Source: Gammaproteobacteria bacterium
GTDB taxonomy: Bacteria; Pseudomonadota; Gammaproteobacteria; JAURND01
Length of the DNA: 64,000 nt
Reading direction: 5' to 3'
Assembly (NCBI GenBank): GCA_035546635.1
Contig: DASZWJ010000019.1
Span: 229,386-293,385 of the forward strand
Positions 41,630-51,433 of this stretch are shown here, piece after piece. Below the pieces are notes generated by a model that worked only from the letters and a program-made list of their open reading frames with translations, was not told the DNA's origin and searched no databases. Within the stretch, counting starts at the first letter, position 1; the number at the start of each line of letters is the position of its first letter. The position numbers and the translations under genes were made by a program.

Positions 41630-43588
41630 ATGTTTTTAAAAAAATGCCGAGAAATTTTTATAGGCGTGCCTCGCAACCCATTTGATACCGGCACACGCAA
41701 AAATATAGCCTTAATCGCTTTCCTCGCCTGGATAGGCTTAGGCGCGGATGGTCTGTCATCCTCCTGTTATGGCCCCGAAGAAGCCTTTTTAGCGCTGGGT
41801 ATACATTATCACCTCGCACTCTATCTAGCGATTTTGACCGCCCTGACTGTCTTTATCATTTCTCTTGCTTATAACCAGGTCATCGAATTATTCCCTAGCG
41901 GTGGCGGAGGATATAAAGTTGCCAGCAAACTGATTTCACCCCATGCTGGCGTTATTTCTGGTTCTGCTTTGATCGTAGACTATGTATTGACCATCGCCAT
42001 CTCAGTTGCTAGCGGCGTTGATTCCTTATTTAGTTTTTTACCATTAGCAGCACAACACTACAAACTGCATTTTGAAATTATCATCTTGTTGCTACTGTTA
42101 GTGCTTAACTTACGCGGTATGAAAGAATCTATCAAAATACTACTGCCGATTTTCTTAGGCTTTGTCATCACCCATTTTTTCCTAATTTTTTATGGCGTCT
42201 TGTTGCATGGCTATCATCTACCTGAATTGATGAGCGGCTCAGTAGCAGATACGCAGAAATTTGTACAAGAAAGCGGCTGGTTTGTCGCATTGGCGATATT
42301 TTTACGCGCCTATTCCTTAGGAGGCGGTACTTATACTGGGTTAGAAGCCGTATCCAATAACGTAAACCATTTAGTTGAACCGCGTGTGCGTACCGGTAAA
42401 TGGACTATGTTCTACATGGCCGTTTCGCTCAGTCTCACGGCAGGGGGGATTATTCTTCTGTATTTGCTCTGGGATGTAAAACCTACCGAAGGACAAACTT
42501 TAAACGCAGTGACCTTTGGCAGTATTTTAGCTGGGTTCCCCATGCACCACGCCTTATTAATCTTGGTTTTATTATTAGAAGCTGGATTATTGTTTGTGGC
42601 TGCCAACACTGGATTTTTAGGCGGCCCTGCGGTGTTGGCGAATATGTCAATCGATGGCTGGTTGCCTAAACGTTTTCGTAACTTATCCAATCGTTTGGTC
42701 ACTCAGACGGGTATTGTCTGGTATGGCGTCGCTGCTATTTTCATTCTATTCTGGACGCATGGGGAAGTCTCTATGCTGGTGGTGCTCTACAGCATGAATG
42801 TGTTTCTTACTTTTTCACTCTCTTTACTCGGACTATCCAATTATTGGTGGAAAAATAGGAAATTAAGCTTTAGTTGGTATTATCGTATGACATTATCAGT
42901 CGTAGGCTTCGTGGTTTGTGCGGCTATTTTAATCATCACCTTGCTGGAAAAATTTACCGCTGGTGGCTGGTTAACTGTATTAATTACTAGCAGTGTCGTC
43001 ACTTTATGTCTAGTCGTTAAAAAGCATTATGTTTCCATAGAAAAACAAATCAAGTATTTAGATGAAATTTTAACGATCCCGCTGTCACCGACACCGCCTG
43101 ATAAAAAAATACCTGAGCTGGATGTCACCAAACCTACTGCGGTATTGTTAATTAGTGAAAGCACAGGGCAGGGTATGCATACCTTGTTGTGGATACAACG
43201 TATGTTCCCCAACCATTTCAAAAACTACGTCTTTATCAGCGTGGGAGTGGTCGATGTCGGTAGTTACGGCAGCGATTCTGCGCTAAAAGATATGCAGGAA
43301 AAAATCCAGGCGCGTCTACAATATTTTATTGATTTTTGTCATCAGCATAATTTTGCTGCAACTTCTTTTGTCACTTATAACAGCGACCCAATAGAAGCCC
43401 TGGTGCATTTGGCAGACCAGGTCTCGCAACAATTTCCGAACTGTGTATTTTTTGCAGCCTCGCTGATCTCCAAACAGGACAGCTGGTTTCACCGCCGTCT
43501 ACACGGTGATATCCCCATCATCATGCAGCGCCAGCTGAATTTAAAAGGTTTACAAATGGTTATTCTGCCCGTTAAACTGGAGCGATAA
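41630..43588 (+). CDS. APC-superfamily permease with a large C-terminal cytoplasmic domain
   Basis: It has about 12 TM helices and then a soluble extension of about 170 aa. The overall layout resembles KimA/YdaO-type transporters, but that assignment is inference. Confidence 0.7.
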   Translation: MFLKKCREIFIGVPRNPFDTGTRKNIALIAFLAWIGLGADGLSSSCYGPEEAFLALGIHYHLALYLAILTALTVFIISLAYNQVIELFPSGGGGYKVASKLISPHAGVISGSALIVDYVLTIAISVASGVDSLFSFLPLAAQHYKLHFEIIILLLLLVLNLRGMKESIKILLPIFLGFVITHFFLIFYGVLLHGYHLPELMSGSVADTQKFVQESGWFVALAIFLRAYSLGGGTYTGLEAVSNNVNHLVEPRVRTGKWTMFYMAVSLSLTAGGIILLYLLWDVKPTEGQTLNAVTFGSILAGFPMHHALLILVLLLEAGLLFVAANTGFLGGPAVLANMSIDGWLPKRFRNLSNRLVTQTGIVWYGVAAIFILFWTHGEVSMLVVLYSMNVFLTFSLSLLGLSNYWWKNRKLSFSWYYRMTLSVVGFVVCAAILIITLLEKFTAGGWLTVLITSSVVTLCLVVKKHYVSIEKQIKYLDEILTIPLSPTPPDKKIPELDVTKPTAVLLISESTGQGMHTLLWIQRMFPNHFKNYVFISVGVVDVGSYGSDSALKDMQEKIQARLQYFIDFCHQHNFAATSFVTYNSDPIEALVHLADQVSQQFPNCVFFAASLISKQDSWFHRRLHGDIPIIMQRQLNLKGLQMVILPVKLER

Positions 43589-43619
43589 ACTAAAATATTC
43601 TATCTTTCGGAGAATTGAT

Positions 43620-44102
43620 ATGCCTTCTTTTGACATCGTTTCAAAAGTAGATGCCCACGAAATCCGCAATGCCGTAGACCAGGCAAATCGTGAAGTTGGT
43701 ACGCGTTTCGATTTTAAAGGCACTGATGCACGATATGAATTGGTTGAAGAAAAAATTACCCTGTTCGCGGAAACTGATTTTCAACTTAAACAAATGTATG
43801 AAATCCTCATCGGTAAGTTAGCTAAGCGCCAAGTGGATATCTTGGTTCTTGATCCCAAAGACCCTGAAATCCGTCTACATGAAGCCAGGCAGCAAATTGA
43901 TATTCGCCAAGGTATCGCAGCAGAAACTGCTAAAGTTATTGTTAAATGTATTAAAGATAAAAAACTCAAAGTTCAAGCTGCCATACAAGGCGATCAAGTA
44001 CGAGTGACGGGTAAAAAACGCGATGATTTACAAGAAGTGATTGCGGTATTGAAACAGGAAAAATTTGGTTTGCCACTACAATTTGAAAACTTCCGCGATT
44101 AA
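43620..44102 (+). CDS. yajQ: YajQ family nucleotide-binding protein (UPF0234)
   Basis: 160 aa beginning [34 protein letters not shown], the typical YajQ N-terminus. Confidence 0.88.
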   Translation: MPSFDIVSKVDAHEIRNAVDQANREVGTRFDFKGTDARYELVEEKITLFAETDFQLKQMYEILIGKLAKRQVDILVLDPKDPEIRLHEARQQIDIRQGIAAETAKVIVKCIKDKKLKVQAAIQGDQVRVTGKKRDDLQEVIAVLKQEKFGLPLQFENFRD

Positions 44103-44125
44103 TAATCCTATTCACGAGACTTTCT

Positions 44126-44602
44126 ATGACTACAGAAATTGCAACTTTCGCTGCTGGCTGCTTCTGGGGGGTTGAAGCTGCTTTTCAGAAATTACCTGGT
44201 GTTATTAAAACCGAAGTGGGTTATTGCGATGGCACTAAGGAGAATCCTAGCTACGAAGATGTTTGTTCTCACACCACAGGCCATGCCGAAGCAGTGCGTA
44301 TAGAATACGACTCGAATCAAATTTCATATGAGCAGTTATTAGATGCATTTTGGGAAACCCATGACCCTACGCAATTAAACCGTCAAGGACCTGATGTGGG
44401 CGATCAATACCGCTCAGCAATTTTCTTTCATACACCTCTGCAAGAAGCATTAGCTATAGCTTCTAAAGCCGCACTACAGAAATCTCAAAAATTTAATCGC
44501 CCGATTGTCACTGTTATTAAACCAGCTCCAACTTTTTTTCGCGCGGAAGAGTACCACCAACATTATCTGGAAAAACGTGGTCAGGGGGCATGCCATTATT
44601 AA
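44126..44602 (+). CDS. msrA: peptide methionine (S)-S-oxide reductase MsrA
   Basis: It has the active-site block [21 protein letters not shown] and EYHQHYL. Confidence 0.93.
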   Translation: MTTEIATFAAGCFWGVEAAFQKLPGVIKTEVGYCDGTKENPSYEDVCSHTTGHAEAVRIEYDSNQISYEQLLDAFWETHDPTQLNRQGPDVGDQYRSAIFFHTPLQEALAIASKAALQKSQKFNRPIVTVIKPAPTFFRAEEYHQHYLEKRGQGACHY

Positions 44603-44619
44603 ATGAACGATGAAGCATT

Positions 44620-44701
44620 GTCATTCCCACCTAGGTGGGAATCTATCCTAATTTTGGCTAGATGCCAGAGAAGAATAGATTCCCGCCTACGCAGGAATGA
44701 C
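44620..44701. repeat. family F composite palindrome built from two ATTCCC-N8-(G/A)GGAAT units
   Basis: gtcattcccacctaggtgggaatctat ... atagattcccgcctacgcaggaatgac has outer and inner inverted repeats. It lies between msrA and hisG. Confidence 0.8.
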
Positions 44702-44740
44702 ATGTTTTTTATATACTTAAATTCACACTAGATAAAGCTG

Positions 44741-45637
44741 ATGAAATCCATTTCAAGATTAAGAATCGCCATACAAAAAAGTGGACGTCTCAATCACGAT
44801 TCGCTAGACCTTTTATATCGTTGTGGCCTTAAAATGCATACACGCGCAAATACCTTATTTTGTCATAGCGAAAATCTACCGATTGACATATTGTTTGTCC
44901 GAGATGATGACATTCCCACGTTGGTGATGGACGATATCTGCGACCTTGGCATTGTCGGTGAAAATGTCCTGTTTGAAAAAATACCGGCTTCAAGATGTGC
45001 CATCGACAATCCAAAGTTTACTATAGTGCAAAAATTAGGTTTTAGCCGCTGTCGTCTTTCCATTGCCTTGCCGGAAGAAATCCCATTTAGCCCTAAAACA
45101 CTGCAAGGACTGAAAATCGCTACCAGTTACCCCAATTTGCTGCAGCAATATCTCGATCAACACCAGATCAAGGCTGAGATCACAGTGATCTCAGGTTCCG
45201 TGGAAATTACACCTCGGTTGGGTATGGCCGATGCCATTTGTGATTTAGTTGCCACCGGTCAAACTTTAGAAGAACATAACTTAAAAGAGGTGGCAGAGAT
45301 TATTCAAAGTCAAGCTGTATTAATTAAAACGCAAAAAGACCTTAATCCACAAAAACTCGATACCTTTGAATTATTATTGCGCAGGATTAATGGTGTATTA
45401 AAAGCCCAGGAAAGCAAATATATTATGTTTCATGCGCCCTTAGCGCAGCTGGACAAAATTAAAAATATTCTGCCTGGCGCGGAAATGCCGACGATTATTC
45501 CTTTAGCCGGCACTACAGAAAAAGTGGCCGTACATGCCGTATCGACCGAAGGGGTGTTTTGGAGCACTTTGGAGAAGTTGCAAGAGGCAGGAGCCAGTTC
45601 AATTTTAGTATTACCCATTGAAAAAATGTTGAACTAG
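44741..45637 (+). CDS. hisG: ATP phosphoribosyltransferase (long form)
   Basis: This 298-aa protein is the first gene of the his cluster. It has LRIAIQKSGRL and the C-terminal regulatory domain. Confidence 0.92.
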   Translation: MKSISRLRIAIQKSGRLNHDSLDLLYRCGLKMHTRANTLFCHSENLPIDILFVRDDDIPTLVMDDICDLGIVGENVLFEKIPASRCAIDNPKFTIVQKLGFSRCRLSIALPEEIPFSPKTLQGLKIATSYPNLLQQYLDQHQIKAEITVISGSVEITPRLGMADAICDLVATGQTLEEHNLKEVAEIIQSQAVLIKTQKDLNPQKLDTFELLLRRINGVLKAQESKYIMFHAPLAQLDKIKNILPGAEMPTIIPLAGTTEKVAVHAVSTEGVFWSTLEKLQEAGASSILVLPIEKMLN

Positions 45638-45645
45638 GTGGCACA

Positions 45646-46956
45646 GTGCATATTCATTTTTGGAATCAGTTATCCGCAATAGAACAGCAAAATCTGCTGG
45701 AAAGACCTAAAGCCAGTCAACCTGACTCAATTCGGGAAAAAACCCAAGCAATTATCGATCAAGTAAGGGAAGAGGGCGATGCAGCGTTAATTGACCTCAC
45801 CGTCCTACACGACAAAGTAAAACTAACCCAATTAACCACTACTTTAGCGGAATTTTCAGCAGCAAAAAATCAAATCCGCAAAGAAGCGTTAGCCGCTATA
45901 GAGCGTGCACAACAGCAGATCACCACTTATCATCAAGCACAACAGCCTGAAATCCGCAAAATTGAAACTGCCCCAGGTATTTACTGTGAGCGTCAGCCAC
46001 GTGCCATTGACAGAGTAGGGCTTTATGTTCCAGGTGGCTCTGCCCCTTTGATTTCTACTTTGCTGATGCTGGCAATTCCAGCACAGTTAGCCGGTTGCTC
46101 ACTCAAAGTCCTCTGCACACCACCGAATAAAAATGGCACTATTGATCCACATTTGTTATATGCTGCAGAGCTGTGTGGTATTCAGCAAATTTTTAAAATC
46201 GGCGGAGCGCAAGCGGTCGCTGCGATGGCCTATGGCACTGAATCTGTACCGAAAGTTGATAAAATCTTTGGGCCAGGAAATGCTTTTGTCCTTGCTGCGA
46301 AAATGTTGGTTTCACAGGATGCCAAAGGTGCCAGTATTGATATGCCTGCTGGTCCATCAGAGCTCCTGGTGATTGCCGATGACAATGCCAATGCAGATTT
46401 TGTTGCTGCAGATTTGTTATCTCAAGCTGAACATGGGATTGATTCGCAAGTGATATTGCTGACCATGTCAGTAGATTTTGCTAACCAAGTTCATGGTGCG
46501 CTTAACCAGCAATTATCCCAGCTATCACGTCGCACAATTGCTGAGCAATCTTTAGCCCATGGCCGTATTATTGTCGTTACCTCTTTGGAACAAGCATTTT
46601 CTATTAGCAATCGTTATGCCCCTGAGCATTTAAGCTTACAAATAACCCACCCAGAGAACTTTCTCACAGAGATTCATAATGCAGGAGCCGTATTTTTAGG
46701 TGACTGGTCAGCTGAAACTATGGGAGACTATATCACCGGTTCTAACCATGTTTTGCCTACTTCAGGTTTTGCGCGCGCCTATAGTGGGTTATCTTTAGTG
46801 GATTTTATGAAGTTTATTAGTTTTCAAAAAGTCAGCCGCCCTGGGTTGCAAGCCCTTGGGCCATTTGCCGAACAATTGGCCGAGCTGGAAGGATTGGATG
46901 CTCACAGAAATGCGGTGTCTATTCGTTTGGGAGTTGACTTTCATCCTGAGCATTAG
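45646..46956 (+). CDS. hisD: histidinol dehydrogenase
   Basis: It has LLSQAEHG and GDYITGSNHVLPT. The start is GTG. The last codons (FHPEH-stop) lie inside family B repeat copy a. Confidence 0.93.
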   Translation: MHIHFWNQLSAIEQQNLLERPKASQPDSIREKTQAIIDQVREEGDAALIDLTVLHDKVKLTQLTTTLAEFSAAKNQIRKEALAAIERAQQQITTYHQAQQPEIRKIETAPGIYCERQPRAIDRVGLYVPGGSAPLISTLLMLAIPAQLAGCSLKVLCTPPNKNGTIDPHLLYAAELCGIQQIFKIGGAQAVAAMAYGTESVPKVDKIFGPGNAFVLAAKMLVSQDAKGASIDMPAGPSELLVIADDNANADFVAADLLSQAEHGIDSQVILLTMSVDFANQVHGALNQQLSQLSRRTIAEQSLAHGRIIVVTSLEQAFSISNRYAPEHLSLQITHPENFLTEIHNAGAVFLGDWSAETMGDYITGSNHVLPTSGFARAYSGLSLVDFMKFISFQKVSRPGLQALGPFAEQLAELEGLDAHRNAVSIRLGVDFHPEH

Positions 46957-47033
46957 TGAAGGATCTCCTTATGGTGGCACTAGCCACATGAAGTACCACC
47001 ATAAGGAGATCCTTCGTTTACGCTCAGGATGAC
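46940..47033. repeat. family B full-length palindromic element, copy a (hisD/hisC junction)
   Basis: The outer 11-bp stem is tcatcctgagc / gctcaggatga. The inner, perfect 20-bp stem is gaaggatctccttatggtgg / ccaccataaggagatccttc. The element contains the hisD stop codon (46954-46956). Confidence 0.9.
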
Positions 47034-47097
47034 AAAAAAATACAGCAACAGCCATATTAACAATTTAATACTTAAGAGCATCTTGAGTACACATATT

Positions 47098-48156
47098 ATG
47101 CCCAACCTAGCACATTTAATCAGACCTGACCTGCGCGAATTCACTGCCTACAGCTCGGCTCGTGATGAAGCTAAAAAGGGAGAGATTTGGCTCAACGCCA
47201 ACGAATCACCTTGGGAAAATGAGCATTTTGCCGAACAAAAAATTAACCGTTATCCTGAAAAACAACCACAAAAATTGATTAATGCGCTAGCTGAAATTTA
47301 CGGTGTTAAAAATAATCAGCTATCTGTATTGCGCGGTAGCGATGAAGCTATTGATCTATTGATGCGCTTATTTTGTGAAGCGGGAAAAGATGCCATTATC
47401 ACTTGTCCTCCGACTTTCGGCATGTATGCTGTCTATGCCAAATTACAAGGTGCAAAAATAATCGATATTCCTTTAGTGCCTGAAGCAGGTTTTCAATTGG
47501 ATATGAAAAATCTAGTAAACCAACAACACCTCGAAGTTAAATTGATTTTTCTATGTTCTCCAAATAACCCAACAGGTAATTTATTGTGCGAGGCAGATAT
47601 ACTACAATTATGCGAGCATTATGCCGGAAAAGCCGTGATTGTAGTTGATGAAGCTTACATAGAATTTTCCTCGGCAAACAGCCTGTCTCACTATATAGAC
47701 CAGTATGAAAATTTAGTGATCCTACGTACCTTGTCCAAGGCTTACGGATTGGCCGGTGCACGCTGTGGTTTATTATTAGGTCACAGCTTTATTATCAACT
47801 GGATAAAAGCGATTATGGCGCCTTATCCATTGCCGGCATTTACGATTCATGCCGTGACGCAAACACTCATGAAATTACAACGCCTTAAGCAACAGATTGA
47901 GACCATTAAAACGGAGCGCGAGCGTTTGGCTACTGAATTACAGCGACTGCCATTTGTTAAAAAAATCTGGCCAAGCGCGGCAAATTTTTTGTTGCTAGAA
48001 ACAGAAAATTCACAAAAAATTATGCAAGCGTGTATAGATTCCGGTATTGTACTACGCGATATGCACGGGAAATTATTTTTGCAAAACTGTATCCGAATTA
48101 CGGTTGGTACGCCTTTAGAAAATGCTCGCTTAATTGAATTTTTACAAACGTTATAA
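47098..48156 (+). CDS. hisC: histidinol-phosphate aminotransferase
   Basis: I trimmed ORF 47029.. to ATG 47098, because the upstream codons lie inside a repeat. The PLP-Lys context is LSKAYGLAGARCG. Confidence 0.9.
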   Translation: MPNLAHLIRPDLREFTAYSSARDEAKKGEIWLNANESPWENEHFAEQKINRYPEKQPQKLINALAEIYGVKNNQLSVLRGSDEAIDLLMRLFCEAGKDAIITCPPTFGMYAVYAKLQGAKIIDIPLVPEAGFQLDMKNLVNQQHLEVKLIFLCSPNNPTGNLLCEADILQLCEHYAGKAVIVVDEAYIEFSSANSLSHYIDQYENLVILRTLSKAYGLAGARCGLLLGHSFIINWIKAIMAPYPLPAFTIHAVTQTLMKLQRLKQQIETIKTERERLATELQRLPFVKKIWPSAANFLLLETENSQKIMQACIDSGIVLRDMHGKLFLQNCIRITVGTPLENARLIEFLQTL

Positions 48157-49242
48157 ATGAGTTTCTCAAACATGCCACAAGAAAAACTGCTTTTTATCGA
48201 CCGTGACGGGACTTTAATCGAGGAACCAGAAGATCAGCAGATCGATAGCATAGAAAAATTACATTTCCTGCCAGATGTCATTTCTAGTCTATTAAAATTA
48301 AAAACTGCCGGTTACAAATTTATTATGGTCAGCAATCAAGATGGCTTAGGAACTGATAGCTTGCCGCACGGAGATTTTCAGCCACCCCATGAATTAATGC
48401 TGCGTATTCTATCCTCTCAAGGCATTCATTTTGATGCCATACATATCTGCCCACATAAGCCGGACGCCAACTGTGACTGTCGCAAACCCAAAATCGGTTT
48501 ATTAGCGAATTATCTAATCGAACAAAAGATCAACCGTGAGCATTCTTATGTCATCGGTGATCGGCAGACTGATCTAGAATTAGCGCAAAATTTGGGAATA
48601 AAAGGCATCCGCATTCGCACCCCAACCACTCCAGGCTGGGCTGAAGTCGCTCACCAGATTCTATCTCAACCGCGGCAGGTGCAACTCATACGCAAAACTA
48701 AAGAAACTGCAATAGAAGTACAAATTGATCTTGATAAACCTAGTCCCATTCATATCCACACCGGTATCGGTTTTTTCGATCATATGCTGGAACAGTTAGC
48801 TAAACATGGTGGCTTCAGTCTAAAAATAACTGTTGCAGGGGATTTACATATTGACGACCATCATACCGTAGAAGATACGGCCATTACGCTGGGTGAAGCC
48901 ATGCGTGAAGCTTTAGGAGATAAAATAGGTATTGGGCGCTATGGTTTTTTATTGCCTATGGACGAAGCCTTAGCCAGGGTAGCCATTGATTTAAGTGGGC
49001 GCGCGCATTTAACTTTTAAAGCAGCATTTAACCGCGAGCGCGTGGGGGATTTATCCACGGAATTGGTAGAACATTTTTTCCGTTCTTTTGCCGAAGGATT
49101 AAAAGCGACATTGAATATTAAAGTAACAGGGGACAACACCCACCATATGATCGAATCAGTTTTTAAAGGCGTAGGGCGCGCCTTACGCCAGGCTATTGCT
49201 AAAACCGGGGATGATCTACCTAGCACTAAGGGTTTACTATGA
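48157..49242 (+). CDS. hisB: bifunctional histidinol-phosphatase / imidazoleglycerol-phosphate dehydratase
   Basis: It has the N-terminal HAD motif FIDRDGTL and the C-terminal IGPD motif DDHHTVEDTAI. Confidence 0.93.
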   Translation: MSFSNMPQEKLLFIDRDGTLIEEPEDQQIDSIEKLHFLPDVISSLLKLKTAGYKFIMVSNQDGLGTDSLPHGDFQPPHELMLRILSSQGIHFDAIHICPHKPDANCDCRKPKIGLLANYLIEQKINREHSYVIGDRQTDLELAQNLGIKGIRIRTPTTPGWAEVAHQILSQPRQVQLIRKTKETAIEVQIDLDKPSPIHIHTGIGFFDHMLEQLAKHGGFSLKITVAGDLHIDDHHTVEDTAITLGEAMREALGDKIGIGRYGFLLPMDEALARVAIDLSGRAHLTFKAAFNRERVGDLSTELVEHFFRSFAEGLKATLNIKVTGDNTHHMIESVFKGVGRALRQAIAKTGDDLPSTKGLL

Positions 49243-49850
49243 TTGCGATTATTGATGCCTGTGGGGCTAATTTCGCTTCGGTGGAATTTGCACTTAAACG
49301 CTTGGGGCGAGCAGTGACGCTCACGCGAGATAAAGACATCATTCGCTCAGCATCACATGTAATTCTACCTGGCGTAGGCACTGCCAGCCAGGCTATGCAG
49401 CAATTGGAAAATTTACAATTAATTTCAGTGATTCAGCAATTAACGCAACCGGTATTAGGTATCTGTCTTGGCATGCAGATTTTACATGCCCATTCTGCTG
49501 AAGGCGATGTGGATTGTCTAGGCCTTTTGCCAGGGGATATTAAGCCATTGCCAGAAGATCAGGGTTTACCTATTCCACATATGGGTTGGAATCAGCTATG
49601 CATCTCCCATGCGACCAGTTCTTTACTGCAGGATATCCCGAATAATAGCTACGTCTATTACGTGCATAGCTATGCAGCGCCAGTGACTGAGCATACCCTG
49701 GCTACCACCCAATACGGTGCAATATTTACGGCAGCAGTACATTATAAAAATTTTTATGGGGTACAATTTCATCCTGAGCGTTCGGGAGCGGTTGGCGCTA
49801 AGATATTACAGAATTTTCTTGTCCTGAGCGAAAGCGAAGGATCTCCATAA
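49239..49850 (+). CDS. hisH: imidazole glycerol phosphate synthase, glutaminase subunit
   Basis: It has GICLGMQ (nucleophile Cys) and FHPERS. The C-terminal tail (VLSESEGSP-stop) is encoded by family B repeat copy b. Confidence 0.92.
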   Translation: MIAIIDACGANFASVEFALKRLGRAVTLTRDKDIIRSASHVILPGVGTASQAMQQLENLQLISVIQQLTQPVLGICLGMQILHAHSAEGDVDCLGLLPGDIKPLPEDQGLPIPHMGWNQLCISHATSSLLQDIPNNSYVYYVHSYAAPVTEHTLATTQYGAIFTAAVHYKNFYGVQFHPERSGAVGAKILQNFLVLSESEGSP

Positions 49851-49911
49851 TGTGGCGCCTCATCATAAAAGTGCCATCATACGGAGATCCTTCGCTATCG
49901 CTCAGGATGAC
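49819..49911. repeat. family B full-length palindromic element, copy b (hisH/hisA junction)
   Basis: The outer 10-bp stem is tcctgagcga / tcgctcagga. The inner 13-bp stem is gcgaaggatctcc / ggagatccttcgc. The element contains the hisH stop codon (49848-49850). Confidence 0.9.
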
Positions 49912-49932
49912 AGTCAAGGGAAATAAACCTCA

Positions 49933-50676
49933 ATGAAACTATACCCAGCAATCGATTTAAAATCAGGAACCTGTGTCCGCCTTTACAAAGGCTCTTTTGA
50001 CCATGTCACTGCTTATCAAGCATCCCCCTTATCTGTCGCTGAAAATTTTGCCAGTGAAGGCGCAGATTTTCTTCACATCATTGATCTAGATGGCGCTCAA
50101 GAAGGCACCTCCAAACATACATCGTTAGTCTTAGATATTATTGAGAAAACTAGATTGAGCATACAATTAGGTGGCGGCATTCGCAGCTATGCACAATTAT
50201 CCCAATGGTTACACAATGGCGTCACTCGCGTTATTTTAGGTAGCATCGCTCTGTCCGAACCCGAGAAAGTGAACATGTGGCTGCGTGAATTTGGCGCTGA
50301 ACGCATTGTATTAGCGCTAGATATTAGAATGAATAGCGCCAATGAACCCATATTGGCATCACACGGTTGGCAACAAAATAGCGGCATGAGTTTATGGCAT
50401 TTACTTGACCTATATCAGGACAGCCCATTAAAACATGTACTTTGCACGGATATTGATTGCGATGGCACGTTGGCCGGGCCCAATATTTCCCTCTATCAAC
50501 AATGTAGCCAACGCTACCCAAACCTTGATTTTCAAGCCTCAGGTGGGGTCAGCTCCTTAGCCGATCTACGCACATTAGCACAAATGCAAGTTTCCGGTGT
50601 CATTGTCGGCAAAGCACTTTACGAGCGGAAATTTTCTTTAAGTGAAGCATTAATTGAGCTCAGCCATGTTAGCTAA
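49933..50676 (+). CDS. hisA: 1-(5-phosphoribosyl)-5-[(5-phosphoribosylamino)methylideneamino]imidazole-4-carboxamide isomerase
   Basis: It begins [15 protein letters not shown] and has the (beta/alpha)8 pattern GGGIRS ... GGVSS. Confidence 0.92.
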   Translation: MKLYPAIDLKSGTCVRLYKGSFDHVTAYQASPLSVAENFASEGADFLHIIDLDGAQEGTSKHTSLVLDIIEKTRLSIQLGGGIRSYAQLSQWLHNGVTRVILGSIALSEPEKVNMWLREFGAERIVLALDIRMNSANEPILASHGWQQNSGMSLWHLLDLYQDSPLKHVLCTDIDCDGTLAGPNISLYQQCSQRYPNLDFQASGGVSSLADLRTLAQMQVSGVIVGKALYERKFSLSEALIELSHVS

Positions 50677-51433
50677 ACGTATTATTCCGTGCCTTGATGT
50701 AAAAAATGGCAAAGTTGTTAAAGGTATCCAGTTTCGTAATCATCAAATCATGGGTGATATTGTGGAATTGGCACAATATTATTGTCAGTCTGGCGCCGAT
50801 GAATTGGTGTTCTATGATATTACTGCCAGTGCCGATCAACGTGCTGTTGGGCGTGACTGGATTCGTGAGATTGCCCAACATTTAGATATTCCTTTTTGTG
50901 TTGCCGGCGGTATCCGCAGTCTTGAAGAAGCTGAAGCGGTACTAAATGCCGGTGCGGATAAAATCTCTGTTAATAGTCCGGCATTGGAAAACCCTGATTT
51001 GATAAACCAATTAGTCAAGGTATTTGGGCAGCAATGTATTGTGATTGGCATCGACAGTCTAAAAATCGACGACCGCTATAAAGTCTGCCAATACACCGGT
51101 AGTGAGTCTAAAACGCTGACCACAGTGCGTTATACGGAAGATTGGATCTGTGAGGTGCAAGAGCGCGGTGCCGGCGAAATCGTGCTGAACTGCATGAATC
51201 AAGATGGTATGCGTCAAGGTTATGATATAGAACAATTAACCCAGATGCGTGCTATTACTAAAACTCCCTTAATCGCATCCGGCGGGGCAGGCAATATGCA
51301 GCATTTTTTAAGCGTATTTCAAGAAGCACAGGTTGATGGCGCATTGGCGGCCAGTGTCTTTCACACCAAAGCCATAGCAATTCCTGAGTTAAAACAGTTT
51401 CTTTTAAACCATCATGTTGAGATCAGGCTATGA
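50666..51433 (+). CDS. hisF: imidazole glycerol phosphate synthase, cyclase subunit
   Basis: It begins [20 protein letters not shown] and has VAGGIRS and ASGGAG. I prefer ATG 50666 over 50654. Confidence 0.93.
   Translation: MLAKRIIPCLDVKNGKVVKGIQFRNHQIMGDIVELAQYYCQSGADELVFYDITASADQRAVGRDWIREIAQHLDIPFCVAGGIRSLEEAEAVLNAGADKISVNSPALENPDLINQLVKVFGQQCIVIGIDSLKIDDRYKVCQYTGSESKTLTTVRYTEDWICEVQERGAGEIVLNCMNQDGMRQGYDIEQLTQMRAITKTPLIASGGAGNMQHFLSVFQEAQVDGALAASVFHTKAIAIPELKQFLLNHHVEIRL

Noticed and set aside
44603-44740. A histidine leader peptide or attenuator upstream of hisG.
   Set aside because: There is no run of His codons and no terminator/antiterminator pair. The spacer is occupied by the family F palindrome instead.
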